DNA of 63,256 nucleotides, filler included, from Candidatus Omnitrophota bacterium (GTDB lineage Bacteria; Omnitrophota; Gorgyraeia; Zapsychrales; Zapsychraceae): NCBI GenBank assembly GCA_015233495.1. It is 4 parts of 4 records of this genome, joined end to end, with 100 filler letters (N's around TTAATTAATTAA, not from the genome) between each part and the next. Parts side by side here need not be neighbours in the genome. Positions count along the whole stretch, not along the records: positions 1 to 29,819 come from JADFXQ010000020.1; 3 more parts are not named here. One strand, 5' to 3'. Shown piece by piece: positions 18,804 to 29,700 of this stretch (position 1 is its first letter; each line of letters starts with the position of its first letter). The notes under the pieces were generated by a model. It saw only the letters and a program-made list of their open reading frames with translations, ran no database searches and was not told where the DNA came from. The position numbers and the translations under genes were made by a program.

Positions 18804-19833
18804 GTCGATCTTGTCGGCGGTGCACATGGTTTACCGGCTGATCAATTCGACGTATAACGTCAAAGAATTGACTTTGCGTCTGACGCGGCTTTTGTGCCAG
18901 TTTATCAAGGCGAGTTCCGCGAGCGTCTTCGTGCTCGACGATGATAAAAAGCAAGTGACGCTGGTGGCGCATTTTGATAACAAGATCAACATTTTTTTTG
19001 ATAAAAAACGCGATTTGCGCCAATTGGCGGAAAAGGAACTGCGGGTCACCCGCGGATACATTATCTTTGAAAAAAATCTCATCGGCCTGCCGCTGGTCGC
19101 TGATGACAATATCGGCGCGATTTTTGTTCGCCGGGAGGCCGTGGAACCGGCCTTCACGGAATTCGACCGCGAACTCCTTTCCGTCGTCGCGGAACAAGCA
19201 GTGACCGCGATCCGCAACCTGCAGTTGAACGAAGGCCGGCAGAAAGTCATCCTTGGCAGCATCGAATTTATCGGCAAATTGTTAAAAGAGCGCGGGGCGG
19301 TGGCCCGAAAAAATACCTCGGCGTATTTTCAGATGGTCAAATCTTTAGCCCTTAAATTGAAGATGAATCAGGAAGATCTCAACAGCTTGTATTACGCGAC
19401 GGTGCTGCGTGACGCGGGAGTGATCGACATCCCTTATGAAATATTATCCAAGACCAGTCGTTTGACTCCGGAAGAATTTAAAATCATCCGCGACCAGCCG
19501 CAAAAGAGCGCGGAACTCATCCGGCCGGTGGAGTTTCTGCGGCCGGTGCTGCCGATCATTTTATGCCATCATGAAAAATACGACGGCACCGGTTATCCGT
19601 CGGGATTGAAAAAAGATCAGATTCCTTTAGGGGCCCGGGTAATGGCAATTGTCGACGCGTTTGATGCCATGACCACGGAGCGGCCCTATAAAAAAACCCT
19701 GGGAAAAGAAGCGGCGCTCGGAGAAATCAGGCGCAACAGCGGGACGCAATTCGATCCGCTCGTCGTCGCGGCGTTCGTTGAATTGTCTTTGCAAAAAAAC
19801 TTTAGAAACTGCTTGAGAACCCAGAAGCCCTAA
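18763..19833 (+). CDS. GAF + degenerate HD-GYP domain protein
   Basis: GAF-like N-terminus; HHEKYDGTGYPSGL and IVDAFDAMT..RPY, but RD in place of HD. Confidence 0.85.
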   Translation: MSTKNYSIPTKKYKSILSAVHMVYRLINSTYNVKELTLRLTRLLCQFIKASSASVFVLDDDKKQVTLVAHFDNKINIFFDKKRDLRQLAEKELRVTRGYIIFEKNLIGLPLVADDNIGAIFVRREAVEPAFTEFDRELLSVVAEQAVTAIRNLQLNEGRQKVILGSIEFIGKLLKERGAVARKNTSAYFQMVKSLALKLKMNQEDLNSLYYATVLRDAGVIDIPYEILSKTSRLTPEEFKIIRDQPQKSAELIRPVEFLRPVLPIILCHHEKYDGTGYPSGLKKDQIPLGARVMAIVDAFDAMTTERPYKKTLGKEAALGEIRRNSGTQFDPLVVAAFVELSLQKNFRNCLRTQKP

Positions 19834-19842
19834 TCTTATAAT
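19813..19842 (+). promoter_or_regulatory. Candidate sigma70 promoter
   Basis: TTGAGA-18 nt-TATAAT upstream of the SPOR gene. Confidence 0.45.
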
Positions 19843-19961
19843 AACAAAAGATCAATTGCGCTGTACGTGGAGCCGGTTGGCTTTGCGCAGCGATAAAAAA
19901 TATTTTAACTCATTTGACTGCCTGCGGGTTCCGCCGGTTAGGCAGTGACAGGTTGTATTTT

Positions 19962-20600
19962 ATGGATTCCCGTTTCAGCCCGGTGCAGCAGTTTGAATTA
20001 TTTCCCACCGCCAATATTGATATCCGTTTGCACTCTCGTCCCCCCGCGTTGTTCCGCGGTCTCATGGTATCTCCGGAGAATTTGATTCTGGGCGTTATCG
20101 GCGGGATGATGGTCTTGATTCTTTTTTTCGCTTTGGGAGTGGAGCAGGGTAAACATTTGGCCGCGGTCACACTCGAAAAAAATCCTGTTCAAACCGGGCA
20201 AAATGGTGTAATATCTCAACCTTCCACCGCGGTTTCGCAAACCGTATCTCCTGACGCGCGGGAAGCTCTGCGCCAGGAGCAAGCGCTTCCTGCGCAGCTG
20301 GATCAACGGCCGCCTGCCGCTCTTCCGGCGGCGCGGAATCTGCCGGCCGCGGTTCATCCGCCCGCGATCAAACCGCTTAAGCAAGGATACACGGTTCAAG
20401 TCGCGTCCTATAAACAGGAGAAGGTTGCGCAGCAAGCGGCGAAAGTCCTTTCGGCGAAAGTGGGGGAAGAAGCGTTTGTGATGCCCAAGGGCAGTTATAG
20501 CATTGTTTGCGTTGGAAAGTTTGCCAACAACAACGGCGCCGCGAAATTTTCGCAGCGGTTAAAAAGTATATACAAAGACTGTTATGTAAGGAGATTTTGA
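19962..20600 (+). CDS. SPOR-domain membrane-anchored protein
   Basis: TM ending FALGVEQGK, Pro/Ala linker, YTVQVASY...VCVGKF SPOR repeat; start uncertain. Confidence 0.8.
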   Translation: MDSRFSPVQQFELFPTANIDIRLHSRPPALFRGLMVSPENLILGVIGGMMVLILFFALGVEQGKHLAAVTLEKNPVQTGQNGVISQPSTAVSQTVSPDAREALRQEQALPAQLDQRPPAALPAARNLPAAVHPPAIKPLKQGYTVQVASYKQEKVAQQAAKVLSAKVGEEAFVMPKGSYSIVCVGKFANNNGAAKFSQRLKSIYKDCYVRRF

Positions 20601-20602
20601 AA

Positions 20603-20878
20603 ATGTCATTGCACCCTTCATTAAAAATCAGCACTGCCGGCGCGGCGCAACGCACAGTTTTGTCGCGCATTGAACGCATTAAGGAATTGATGAAAAAAGG
20701 CGTCTGGACAGACTCGTCATCCGTTTTGGCTTTGCCGAAAACGAAGATGTTGAAACTCAAGACGAAAAAAGAAAAATCCGCGAAGAAAGATGATGCCGCC
20801 GCTCCAGCCGCGGCAGGCAAAGCGGCGCCGGCTGCCGGCGCGGCTGCCGCCAAGAAACCGGAAGCGAAGAAGAAGTAA
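20603..20878 (+). CDS. PVC superphylum signature small basic protein (TIGR04137-like)
   Basis: MSLHPSLK...RTVLSRIERIKEL.KKG.W...VLALPK.K plus Lys/Ala-rich tail; AAGGAG RBS. Confidence 0.85.
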   Translation: MSLHPSLKISTAGAAQRTVLSRIERIKELMKKGVWTDSSSVLALPKTKMLKLKTKKEKSAKKDDAAAPAAAGKAAPAAGAAAAKKPEAKKK

Positions 20879-20896
20879 TTTTGATATGTTGCAGAG

Positions 20897-20937
20897 AGAA
20901 ACCTACGTGAGTGACGCCATCGTTTACGTAGGTTTCT
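20897..20937 (+). terminator. Probable intrinsic terminator
   Basis: AGAAACCTACGT...ACGTAGGTTTCT 12-bp stem followed by TAATTTT. Confidence 0.55.
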
Positions 20938-20962
20938 TAATTTTGGTATTAACTGGCACAAT

Positions 20963-21790
20963 ATGTTGAAGAAATTTGCCGCGATTTTAGCCTTGATGTT
21001 GATCCCGATTTTTGCCCAAGCGCAAGCGGACTCGTTTCCGTTTCTCGGCGTGGTGAAGGGCGGCGGGGTAAATGTGCGCGCGGGGCTGAATGAAAATTTT
21101 GAAAAGTTGCTGCGGCTGCCGGCTGGCCGGGATGTTGTCGTCCAGGGCGAATCGTTTCATTGGTATAAGATCCGTTTGCCGCGGGCGGCTGCGGTTTATG
21201 TGAGCGACAAATATGTCAGCGATTCTTCGGATGGTTCCGGGGAAATCACGGCGGACCGGGTAAACGTTCGCTGCGGCATGGACGTCAACCGTACGCCTTT
21301 GGGTCAGTTGAAATTGGGAACGATTGTCAAGTTGCTCGGGCACGCGCCGGGTTGGTATCGCATTGAGCCGACAGAAGAACTATCCGGCTGGGTCGCGGAA
21401 CAATTTGTGGATTTTAAATCCGGCGACATTTCCAGTTATACAGAGACGCCCGGGGCCAGCCCAACCGCGGTTGTCAAAATAACCGGCGAGCCTAAGCAAT
21501 TTACGGTGTCGCTTGGCGCGTCTGCCACGGTCACGAAAAATATTCCGGCAGATCCGGCTCCGCTGGCGGAATATCAGGGCATACTCAAAGCCGTGGCCGG
21601 CGCTGGAGTGAATCCGGAAACCGAATATGTGCTGTGGATTAATGGCCAACCGGAATATGACATCAAAGATTTTAAACTGATCTTAAAGCCATTTTTTAAT
21701 TATGCAGTGAAAGTCAGAGGCATAGCGACCAAGGACCCGGCCTTTGATCATCCGGTCTTGGATTGCGATTCCCTGGAATTGATATTGTAA
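20963..21790 (+). CDS. Secreted tandem bacterial SH3-domain protein
   Basis: Signal peptide AQA; two SH3b repeats (VNVRAG...WYKI; VNVRCG...WYRI...GWV). Confidence 0.8.
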   Translation: MLKKFAAILALMLIPIFAQAQADSFPFLGVVKGGGVNVRAGLNENFEKLLRLPAGRDVVVQGESFHWYKIRLPRAAAVYVSDKYVSDSSDGSGEITADRVNVRCGMDVNRTPLGQLKLGTIVKLLGHAPGWYRIEPTEELSGWVAEQFVDFKSGDISSYTETPGASPTAVVKITGEPKQFTVSLGASATVTKNIPADPAPLAEYQGILKAVAGAGVNPETEYVLWINGQPEYDIKDFKLILKPFFNYAVKVRGIATKDPAFDHPVLDCDSLELIL

Positions 21791-21797
21791 AATTTTT

Positions 21798-22421
21798 ATG
21801 CTTATCGACATTATTCTTTCCGTAGTCATTATTTTTTTTTCGATCATTTTGCATGAGTGCAGCCATGGTTGGGTGGCGTATCTCTGCGGCGATCCGACCG
21901 CGAAATGGGCGGGCCGCCTCACGCTTAATCCGTTAAAACACATTGATCCGGTGGGTACGGTTTTTTTACCGGGAATATTGTTAGTCCTGCGGTTTTTTGG
22001 TTATCATACTTTTTTGTTTGGCTGGGCGAAACCCGTGCCCGTGGATTTTACGCGCCTGCGTTGTCCTCGGCGGGATATGGTGCTGGTGGGTTTGGCGGGG
22101 CCAGCCATGAATATATTTCTGGCTTTCGCGGTCAGCCGGATTTTATTGCTTGGATTTTCCGGCCCGGTTGTGTCCTGGATCGGTTTGGCGGTTTATGCCA
22201 ATTTGGTTTTAGCGGTATTCAATCTTTTGCCTATCCCGCCTTTAGACGGGTCGCGATTAGTGACGGGATTATTGCCGGCGCCGTTGGCCCGGCAATATAA
22301 TCAAATGGCGCCGTATGGCATCTTTATTGTGGTTGGCTTGCTATATTTAAATATTTTAGACCGCGTGCTTTGGCCGGTCGTGGATCTATTAAGTTCCCTT
22401 TTAGGAGTTAAGGCGTTATGA
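21798..22421 (+). CDS. Site-2 protease (peptidase M50)
   Basis: HECSHG, GRLTLNP, AGPAMN, FNLLPIPPLDG. Confidence 0.93.
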   Translation: MLIDIILSVVIIFFSIILHECSHGWVAYLCGDPTAKWAGRLTLNPLKHIDPVGTVFLPGILLVLRFFGYHTFLFGWAKPVPVDFTRLRCPRRDMVLVGLAGPAMNIFLAFAVSRILLLGFSGPVVSWIGLAVYANLVLAVFNLLPIPPLDGSRLVTGLLPAPLARQYNQMAPYGIFIVVGLLYLNILDRVLWPVVDLLSSLLGVKAL

Positions 22422-23506
22422 AACATATTCATTTGCCCTTAGGCTTGAGATCTTATGACATTGCGGTTGGTTTTCAAGGGTGGGATTATTTGGGCACTGT
22501 CGTGAAACGTCTGCATATCGGGACGGACGCGTTGGTGATCACTAATCCGTTTGTGAAAAAATTATATGGGAATAAATTGACGGCAACTTTCCAGGCCGCG
22601 GGACTGGCCGTGAAAATCTTTGAAGTCCCGGATAGCGAAAAGAGCAAATCTTCGGCTGAGGCGATCAACCTCTTGAATAAAATCGCCAAGTATGATGTGC
22701 TGCGCCAACCGTTTATTGTGGCATTAGGCGGAGGCGTGGTCGGCGATTTAGCCGGCTTTGTCGCCGCGGTGTACAAGCGCGGGGTTCCGTACATTCAGGC
22801 GCCGACGACCTTGTTGGCGCAGATCGATTCGGCGATCGGCGGCAAAACTGCGATCGATTTGCCGGTGGGCAAGAATTTGGTCGGAGCGTATTATCAGCCG
22901 CGATTAGTTTGGTCGGACACGTCTACGCTTTTGACCCTCAATGAAAGACAGATGGCCAATGGGTTGGCGGAAGCGGTGAAGTACGGAATTATCAGTGACG
23001 TCAGATTGTTTGAGTTTATCGAGCAGAATTACCCCGCGGTTCTCGTTCGGGAAAAGAACGCCTTGGAACGCGTGGTCTTAGATTGCAGCCGGATTAAGGC
23101 CAATATCGTGGCCCGAGATGAGCAGGAAACGCAAGGCATCCGCACGGTATTGAATTTCGGGCATACGATGGGCCACGCGATTGAAGCCGCCATGGAGTTT
23201 GAAGGTTGTTTGCACGGCGAGGCGGTGGCGATCGGGATGCGGGGCGCCTGCGATATGTCCGTGGCGCGAAAAATGCTGGAGCCCTCCGAAGCCCGACGGG
23301 TTCAGCAACTGCTCACCAACATTGGCTTGCCGCAAAACCTTAAAGGCGTGTCTTTGAAAAAAGTCATGTCCCTGATGAAACACGACAAAAAATTCCTATC
23401 CGGACAAACTCGTTTTGTGCTGCCGCACGCGATCGGCAACGTGAAACTGGTGGAAGGGGTCCGTTTCGATATGATTGAACGTGTTTTGAAGAAATATATC
23501 GGTTGA
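22418..23506 (+). CDS. aroB: 3-dehydroquinate synthase
   Basis: GGGVVGDLAGF, PTTLLAQIDSAIGGKT, KNLVGA, LNFGHT, HGEAV. Confidence 0.96.
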   Translation: MKHIHLPLGLRSYDIAVGFQGWDYLGTVVKRLHIGTDALVITNPFVKKLYGNKLTATFQAAGLAVKIFEVPDSEKSKSSAEAINLLNKIAKYDVLRQPFIVALGGGVVGDLAGFVAAVYKRGVPYIQAPTTLLAQIDSAIGGKTAIDLPVGKNLVGAYYQPRLVWSDTSTLLTLNERQMANGLAEAVKYGIISDVRLFEFIEQNYPAVLVREKNALERVVLDCSRIKANIVARDEQETQGIRTVLNFGHTMGHAIEAAMEFEGCLHGEAVAIGMRGACDMSVARKMLEPSEARRVQQLLTNIGLPQNLKGVSLKKVMSLMKHDKKFLSGQTRFVLPHAIGNVKLVEGVRFDMIERVLKKYIG

Positions 23507-23575
23507 TTTTTTTCGCTAAACCTCTTGTTAGCCTTCGTCTTCAAATTTCCTTTTAAATACGACAAAATATTTTCG

Positions 23576-23605
23576 TTGACATTTTTGTGAGTTATGCTGT
23601 ATTGT
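23576..23605 (+). promoter_or_regulatory. Candidate sigma70 promoter for the giant RHS-like gene
   Basis: TTGACA-18 nt-TATTGT in AT-rich intergenic DNA. Confidence 0.45.
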
Positions 23606-23767
23606 GAATTAACCAATTTTACCAGAGCCTAAAATTTTTGTTAATCCAGGACTTACAATCTCCGCGGAGCCTATGATGACATTCTAGTCCGATCCGAGAG
23701 AAGAGATTTTTTGTCATGCGTTAGCGCTTAACATAAATATTTTTCAACTATGTCGGAGGGGGCGGCG

Positions 23768-26700
23768 ATGCAAAAATTTTTTAGCGGCAGGTTATGGAAA
23801 TTTTTTAATCTCTTCGTTTGTTTTTGTTTTTTATGCCAAACTTTTTATCCTTCCTTGGCTTTAGCGCAAGCCGCTCAATCTTCTAAGACAACTTCCTCGC
23901 CGGCAGCATCTGCGGCGGATTCTACAACAAATGCTTCGACTGTGACTGCGGCGCCGGCTTCGGTTTCCGGAGCGGGCACGGCTATCGCTTCGTCTGCCGG
24001 GTCCTCTAAGGTGAATCTGGATGAATTGATCGGTAAAGTGGAACCGGGCGGGTCAGCCATGAAGGCAAAATCGTCAACCACTGCAGCGAATTCGCGGGCG
24101 GGGGCACTGCAATTTGCCGCAGCAAGCAGTTCATCGTCTTCGCCGGTGGCCTTGCCAGAACATTTTGTCAAAAATTTTTCTTTTGATTCCTCAAGCGGGG
24201 CGCCGGTATTTACTTTGCCGATTGAATTGCCGCCGGGACGCAAGGGTGTCGCGCCATCGCTTTCTCTTATATATTCACCGCGGTCCGGCAACGGACCTTT
24301 GGGAATGGGTTGGCAGGTCGGGTTTCCCGTCATAGAGCGATCACTGAAAAACGGGGTGCCGCAATACACGTCTACGGACGCTTTTGTCTCAACGCTGGGA
24401 GGCGGCGCGCAGGAATTGGTGAATGTCAGCGGCAAAGAATACCGGGCTAAGGTGCAAGGCGATTTTACGAAATATATTTTTGACGGCACAACCTGGATAG
24501 CTTATGACCGCACAGGTAACACTTATTATTTTGGGCTGAAAACGCTTTTACAGGATAATTCCGTTGAGCAACAAACTCCAGGAAAGGTTTTACGCTGGCG
24601 GTTGAGCGAAGTTAAAGATATGAGTGGCAATTATCATTACATCCGCTATTTGGCGGACGGCGCGTTTGAGGTTTTATACACTGGGGAACCAGGCTCAGAC
24701 CGCGACTCTTTAACTTTAAGTTCGCATAAATTTTTTGGCCGGGTGGTGGGCGTGGTGGAGACAGCGCGTCGTCCGGATGTAATTTCTTCAAATGCCACGG
24801 GGTTTACGCAAGAATTCCCGAAACGCTTGACGAATATTTCGGTTTATGCCAATGGCAGTTTACAGCGTCGCTATGCTTTTGACTATACTTTGAGCCGCCG
24901 CACTGGCCGTTCGTTGTTGACCAAGGTGACGCAATACGGCGCGGATAATACAACAACTTTGCCGCCGGTAACTTTGACCTATAATGACGATGCGTCCTAC
25001 GGGTATACCTTGTCTTCTTTGGTCGGCGACCCTACAGTGGGAGACAACTTGTGGAACTGTCAATCAGGCGGGGGATTTGACCGCGGCAGGGATAGTTTTA
25101 TTGTTGCGCCGTTTAATCCGGAACCATCCTGGCGGCCTTGGCAGACATCTAACTGGAACCGGGATGATACAAATGTGCTGCGCTGGAGTTATCCGTTGGG
25201 AAATTTGTTTATTTCATCACCCGGCGATACAGTAACGCAATGCTACACCTATGTTTATGTGAAAGAGGCGAAGACGGTTGACGTATCCGCAGGCATTACG
25301 GTGGGCGGAGGAGCTTTCGCCTATTTTATCAATGATAATATTTCCGCGGATCAAGCGGTGAGCCGATATTGGAATTTGAAAGCGGGATATAATCGGGTTT
25401 TTTTAACCGCGCAAAATCAGGATGGAGGGTATCAATTTAATACATTTACTGAAATTGCCCGTTATGTAGATCTGATGAATTCCACCCAAGTCATGCAGCC
25501 GCAATTTGCCGCGGATTTTAATGGCGACGGCATTACCGATGCGATGACTCCATTTAAAGAAACCGGAGTTTATAAGGTCGCTTTATCGGACGGGGTTTCA
25601 TTTTTGCCGAAACAAACCTGGATGACAGACGGCGGAAATTATGGGCGGGATCGTCAATTGTTGCTGGGGGATTTTAACGGGGATGGACGGATAGACCTTT
25701 TGTCATTTAAGAATCTCGCCGACGCCGAATGGCGCGTGGCTTTATCGGATGGCACAAAATTTGTCGATCAAGGCGTGTGGCTGAGTTGGTTTACTACGCA
25801 GCTTCCCGCGCTTTCCGGAGATTTCAATGGCGATCGCAAAACGGATATCGCTCCTGTTTTATTGTCCGGCGGACATAAGATCGCCAAAATTGCTTTAACG
25901 AAGAATAATTCTTTTGTTCCGACTGCAGACATGGATTTTGGAGTTATTGCGGACACGGTGATTCCATTGACCGGTGATTTTAATGGCGATGGATTAACGG
26001 ATTTTGCCGCGTTTGACAGCGCCACGGGCGGCTGGAAGATTTATGTTAATCCGGGCGACTTGTCCAAAGTTTTTACGTTGACGCAAGCCATCACCGGTTT
26101 TGGCGCGAATCAAACTCCAGTAGTCGCGGATTTTAATGGTGACGGGATAACCGATATAGGTTATTTTGAGAAAAGCACCGGAAAAATTTATTACAAAACA
26201 TTCCAAGCTAATGGGTTCAGCGACAGCCAACAATTCCCGGTAAATTTTTTACTGACCGGAGAGGACGTTCAAGTCCAAGCCGCTGATTTTAACGGCGACG
26301 GGTTAATGGATTTTTATGTTTACAATTCAATTGGTCAGCAGCAGATCGCTTATGCCAACGGCGGGATGTCGGATTTGTTAACCAAGTTTGACAATGGCGT
26401 CGGCGCAGCCACGGAATTGACGTATGTTTCGTCAACGCAGAAGAGCAATACTTATTTACCTTATGCCATGCCCTTGTTGAGCCGGGTCAAAGTCTCGGAC
26501 GGCCGTGGAAACAGTTATGCGACGGATTATGATTATAGCCAGGGATTGTGGAGCGCGGCAGATGCGGAATTCATGGGGTTCGGGAAAGTCACGGTAAAAG
26601 ACGCGGACGGCAACTGGGAGGAGATGATATTTGATCAAAGTGATATTTATCGAAGGGGGCTGCTTTTAACCTCCGCGTTTTACAGCTCCGACGGAAGTCT

Positions 26701-29700
26701 GTTCAATAAAACAATCAATTCCTGGTCATTGGAAACGCTTTATAACACGACGCCGGAGGTGAAATTTGTCAAGTTAGACCGGACGGATAATTATCTTTTC
26801 GACGGCAATGCGACTGGGAAAAGGACTGCAGTTGAGAATTATTATGGGGAAACGCCGCAGTGCGGCAATGTGACAAAGTCGATCAATTTGGGAGAAGTGG
26901 ACTTAGCCACGGGTGATGATGTGGGAAATGACGCGCTGGCGCGTGAAACTCAATATCACAATATATCAACCGCAACATATCAAATCCTGGGGCTACCTAA
27001 ATATACAACACTCAAAGACGGCAATAACGCGGTTTTGACAAAGTCTTGGTTGTATTACGACGGCAATGCCGATTTCAATGCCGCCCCTTTAATCGGATAT
27101 TTGACCAAAACCAAAACTTGGGCCGGACCAAACGCTGTCTATCCTGACCCGGAAACCGGCGTTGAATATGATGTTTACGGAAATGTGGTTAAAACAATTT
27201 CACCTGCGGGTAAGGTCGCCGCCGTGACTTATGATACGGCCTGGCATTTATTTCCCATCCAGACAAAAAATGCGCTCGGGTACACCGAGGCAACCGCGTA
27301 TTACGGCGTGGGAGGGGTGGCAGCGGACAATGGATTATGGGGGCAGGTCAAGTCAGTGACTGACGCCAATCTGCAAAGCGATTTATCGATTTATGATACA
27401 TTCGGCAGAAAAATAAAATATGTTTCGCCTCTGGACACTATGGCCAAGCCGACGAACACGGCGCAGGTGGATTATTTTAGCAATTATTCGCGGGTCACTA
27501 ATCGCAAACGGGTGATCAGCGGTGAAGACGGGATGATCAAAACTGTCGAATTTTTCGATGGTTTTGGACGGATGATTGAGTCGAAAGCTCCGACCGCAAC
27601 GGAGGGCCAGTTTATAGTATCCGGCCAGGGACAATATGATCTCCGCGGGTTGCCGCGATATCAATACTCGTCTTTTTTATCCACCGCGAGCCAGGACGAG
27701 ATCGATCCGATCTTCACAACCAATCCCCGGTCAAAAACGGATTATGATCCGGCAGGCCGGCCAATTCAGATTACCAGTCCGGACGGCACGTTCGCTAATG
27801 TGGTTTATGACGATGGGATAACCACCACAATAGATCCCAACGGGCATAAACAGGAATCCGTAACGGACAGCCGGGGAAACTTGGTGGAAAAACGCGAATA
27901 CTCTGGCGCGGACGGACGGTCCACGGCGTATCCGGCGCAGGCCTACACCTTATACGCGACGACAAAATACGATTATGATCTGTTGGGTCATTTGGTGAAA
28001 ACCACCGACGCCAAAGGCAATCAAGTCACGATCACTTACGACATCTTAGGCCGCAAAATCGGAATGAAAGACCCAGATATGGGTACGTGGCAGTATGTTT
28101 ATGACCTGGAAGGCAACCTGATTTCGCAGACGGACGCGAAGGGGCAGAAATTGGAATTCACCTATGACGCGTTGAACCGTTTGGTGAATAAAACGGATCA
28201 CGGCAATGTCAATGTTACATATACCTATGACGCGCCTAATGTGGCTTTTTCAATTGGACGATTGACGCAGGTTGATTATAAAGATGGGGAAACCACATTT
28301 ACTTATGACAACATTGGCCGGGAAGTTACCTCGACCAAAACAATTGACGGACAATCGTACACTGTTCGCCGAACGTATGATGATTTAGGAAACCTCCGAG
28401 ACGTCACCTATCCCAACGGAGATAAAATCTATTACCGTTACAATGCCGCCGGTCAACCCGACGGTGTAGCCAATGACCCCGCCTTGCTGAAAAGTGCAGT
28501 CAAGCAAATCAAAACCACAGAATTAGCCGATTGTTCCATCCCCAGCGCAGCATGGGGAGGCCTGCCTGCCGTTAGGCATGGGGCTGGGGAGGGGGTTTTT
28601 CATCTCCTCGAAATTCTCCTCGGCGTGTCAACCGCCGAAGCCGCCAGCAGCGACGCGACATTCCTGGCACAAAATGTCCCTACGGTGATGCGGGCCGGAA
28701 GTGATTACGCGGTGTCCGTGACCATGAAAAACACCGGAGCAACGACTTGGAGCGCAACAAGCCAAATTCGTTTAGGCGCCCAAAATCCGCATGATAATAC
28801 GCAATGGGGATTCAACCGAGTTAATTTGCTTCCTGGTGAAACTGTGTCTTCGGGCGGTCAAAAGATATTCACGTTCACCGTCACCGCGCCGTCCACCGCC
28901 GGAACATACAACTTTCAATGGCGGATGTTGCAGGAGAACATCGAATGGTTTGGCGATACAACACCTAATGTCAGCGTGAATGTTCTACCGGGAAGTAACT
29001 CTAAATTTATGTCGCAGAATGTGCCGGCCAGCATGAACGCGGGGAATGTTTATACTGTATCTGTGACAATGAAAAACACTGGGACAACAGCATGGAATGA
29101 GGGCGGCCAGTTTCGGTTAGGTACGCAGAATCCGGGAGATAACACGCAATGGGGATTCAGGCGCGTCAGTTTGACTCCGGGTGAAACTGTGCCTCCGGGT
29201 GGCCAAAAGACATTTACTTTTGCCGTGACCGCGCCGTCGACCGCCGGGACATACAATTTCCAATGGCGGATGTTGCAGGAGAACGTTGAATGGTTCGGCG
29301 AGGTAGCTCCGAATATAGTGATCAACGTGATTTCAACAGTTCCGCCGCAAGCCGCGAAGTTTATTTCGCAGTCCGCGCCGGATATGATGATTGCCGGACA
29401 AACTTATCCGGTTACCGTAGTCATGCAGAACACGGGTTCCAGCCCGTGGGTAAAATCGCAAAGTTTTCGTTTAGCGTCGCAGAATTATCCGGGCAATGAC
29501 CGCTGGGGCTTAAGCCGGATCGAACTGCCGAAAGACGTGATCGATCCCGGGGAAACTGTGTCTTTCACTTTTAATGTTACCGCGCCAGCCTCACCCAGCG
29601 CGTATAATTTTCAATGGAAAATGCTGCAGGAAGGCGTGCAATGGTTCGGCGAGATCACGCCGAATAAAGTGATCAATGTTGTGCCGGCAGTGCCGCCGCA

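Noticed and set aside
23610..23750. Possible riboswitch in the leader of the giant gene
   Set aside because: Only short inverted matches (ATGACA/TGTCAT, AATCTC/GAGATT); no aptamer consensus recognised
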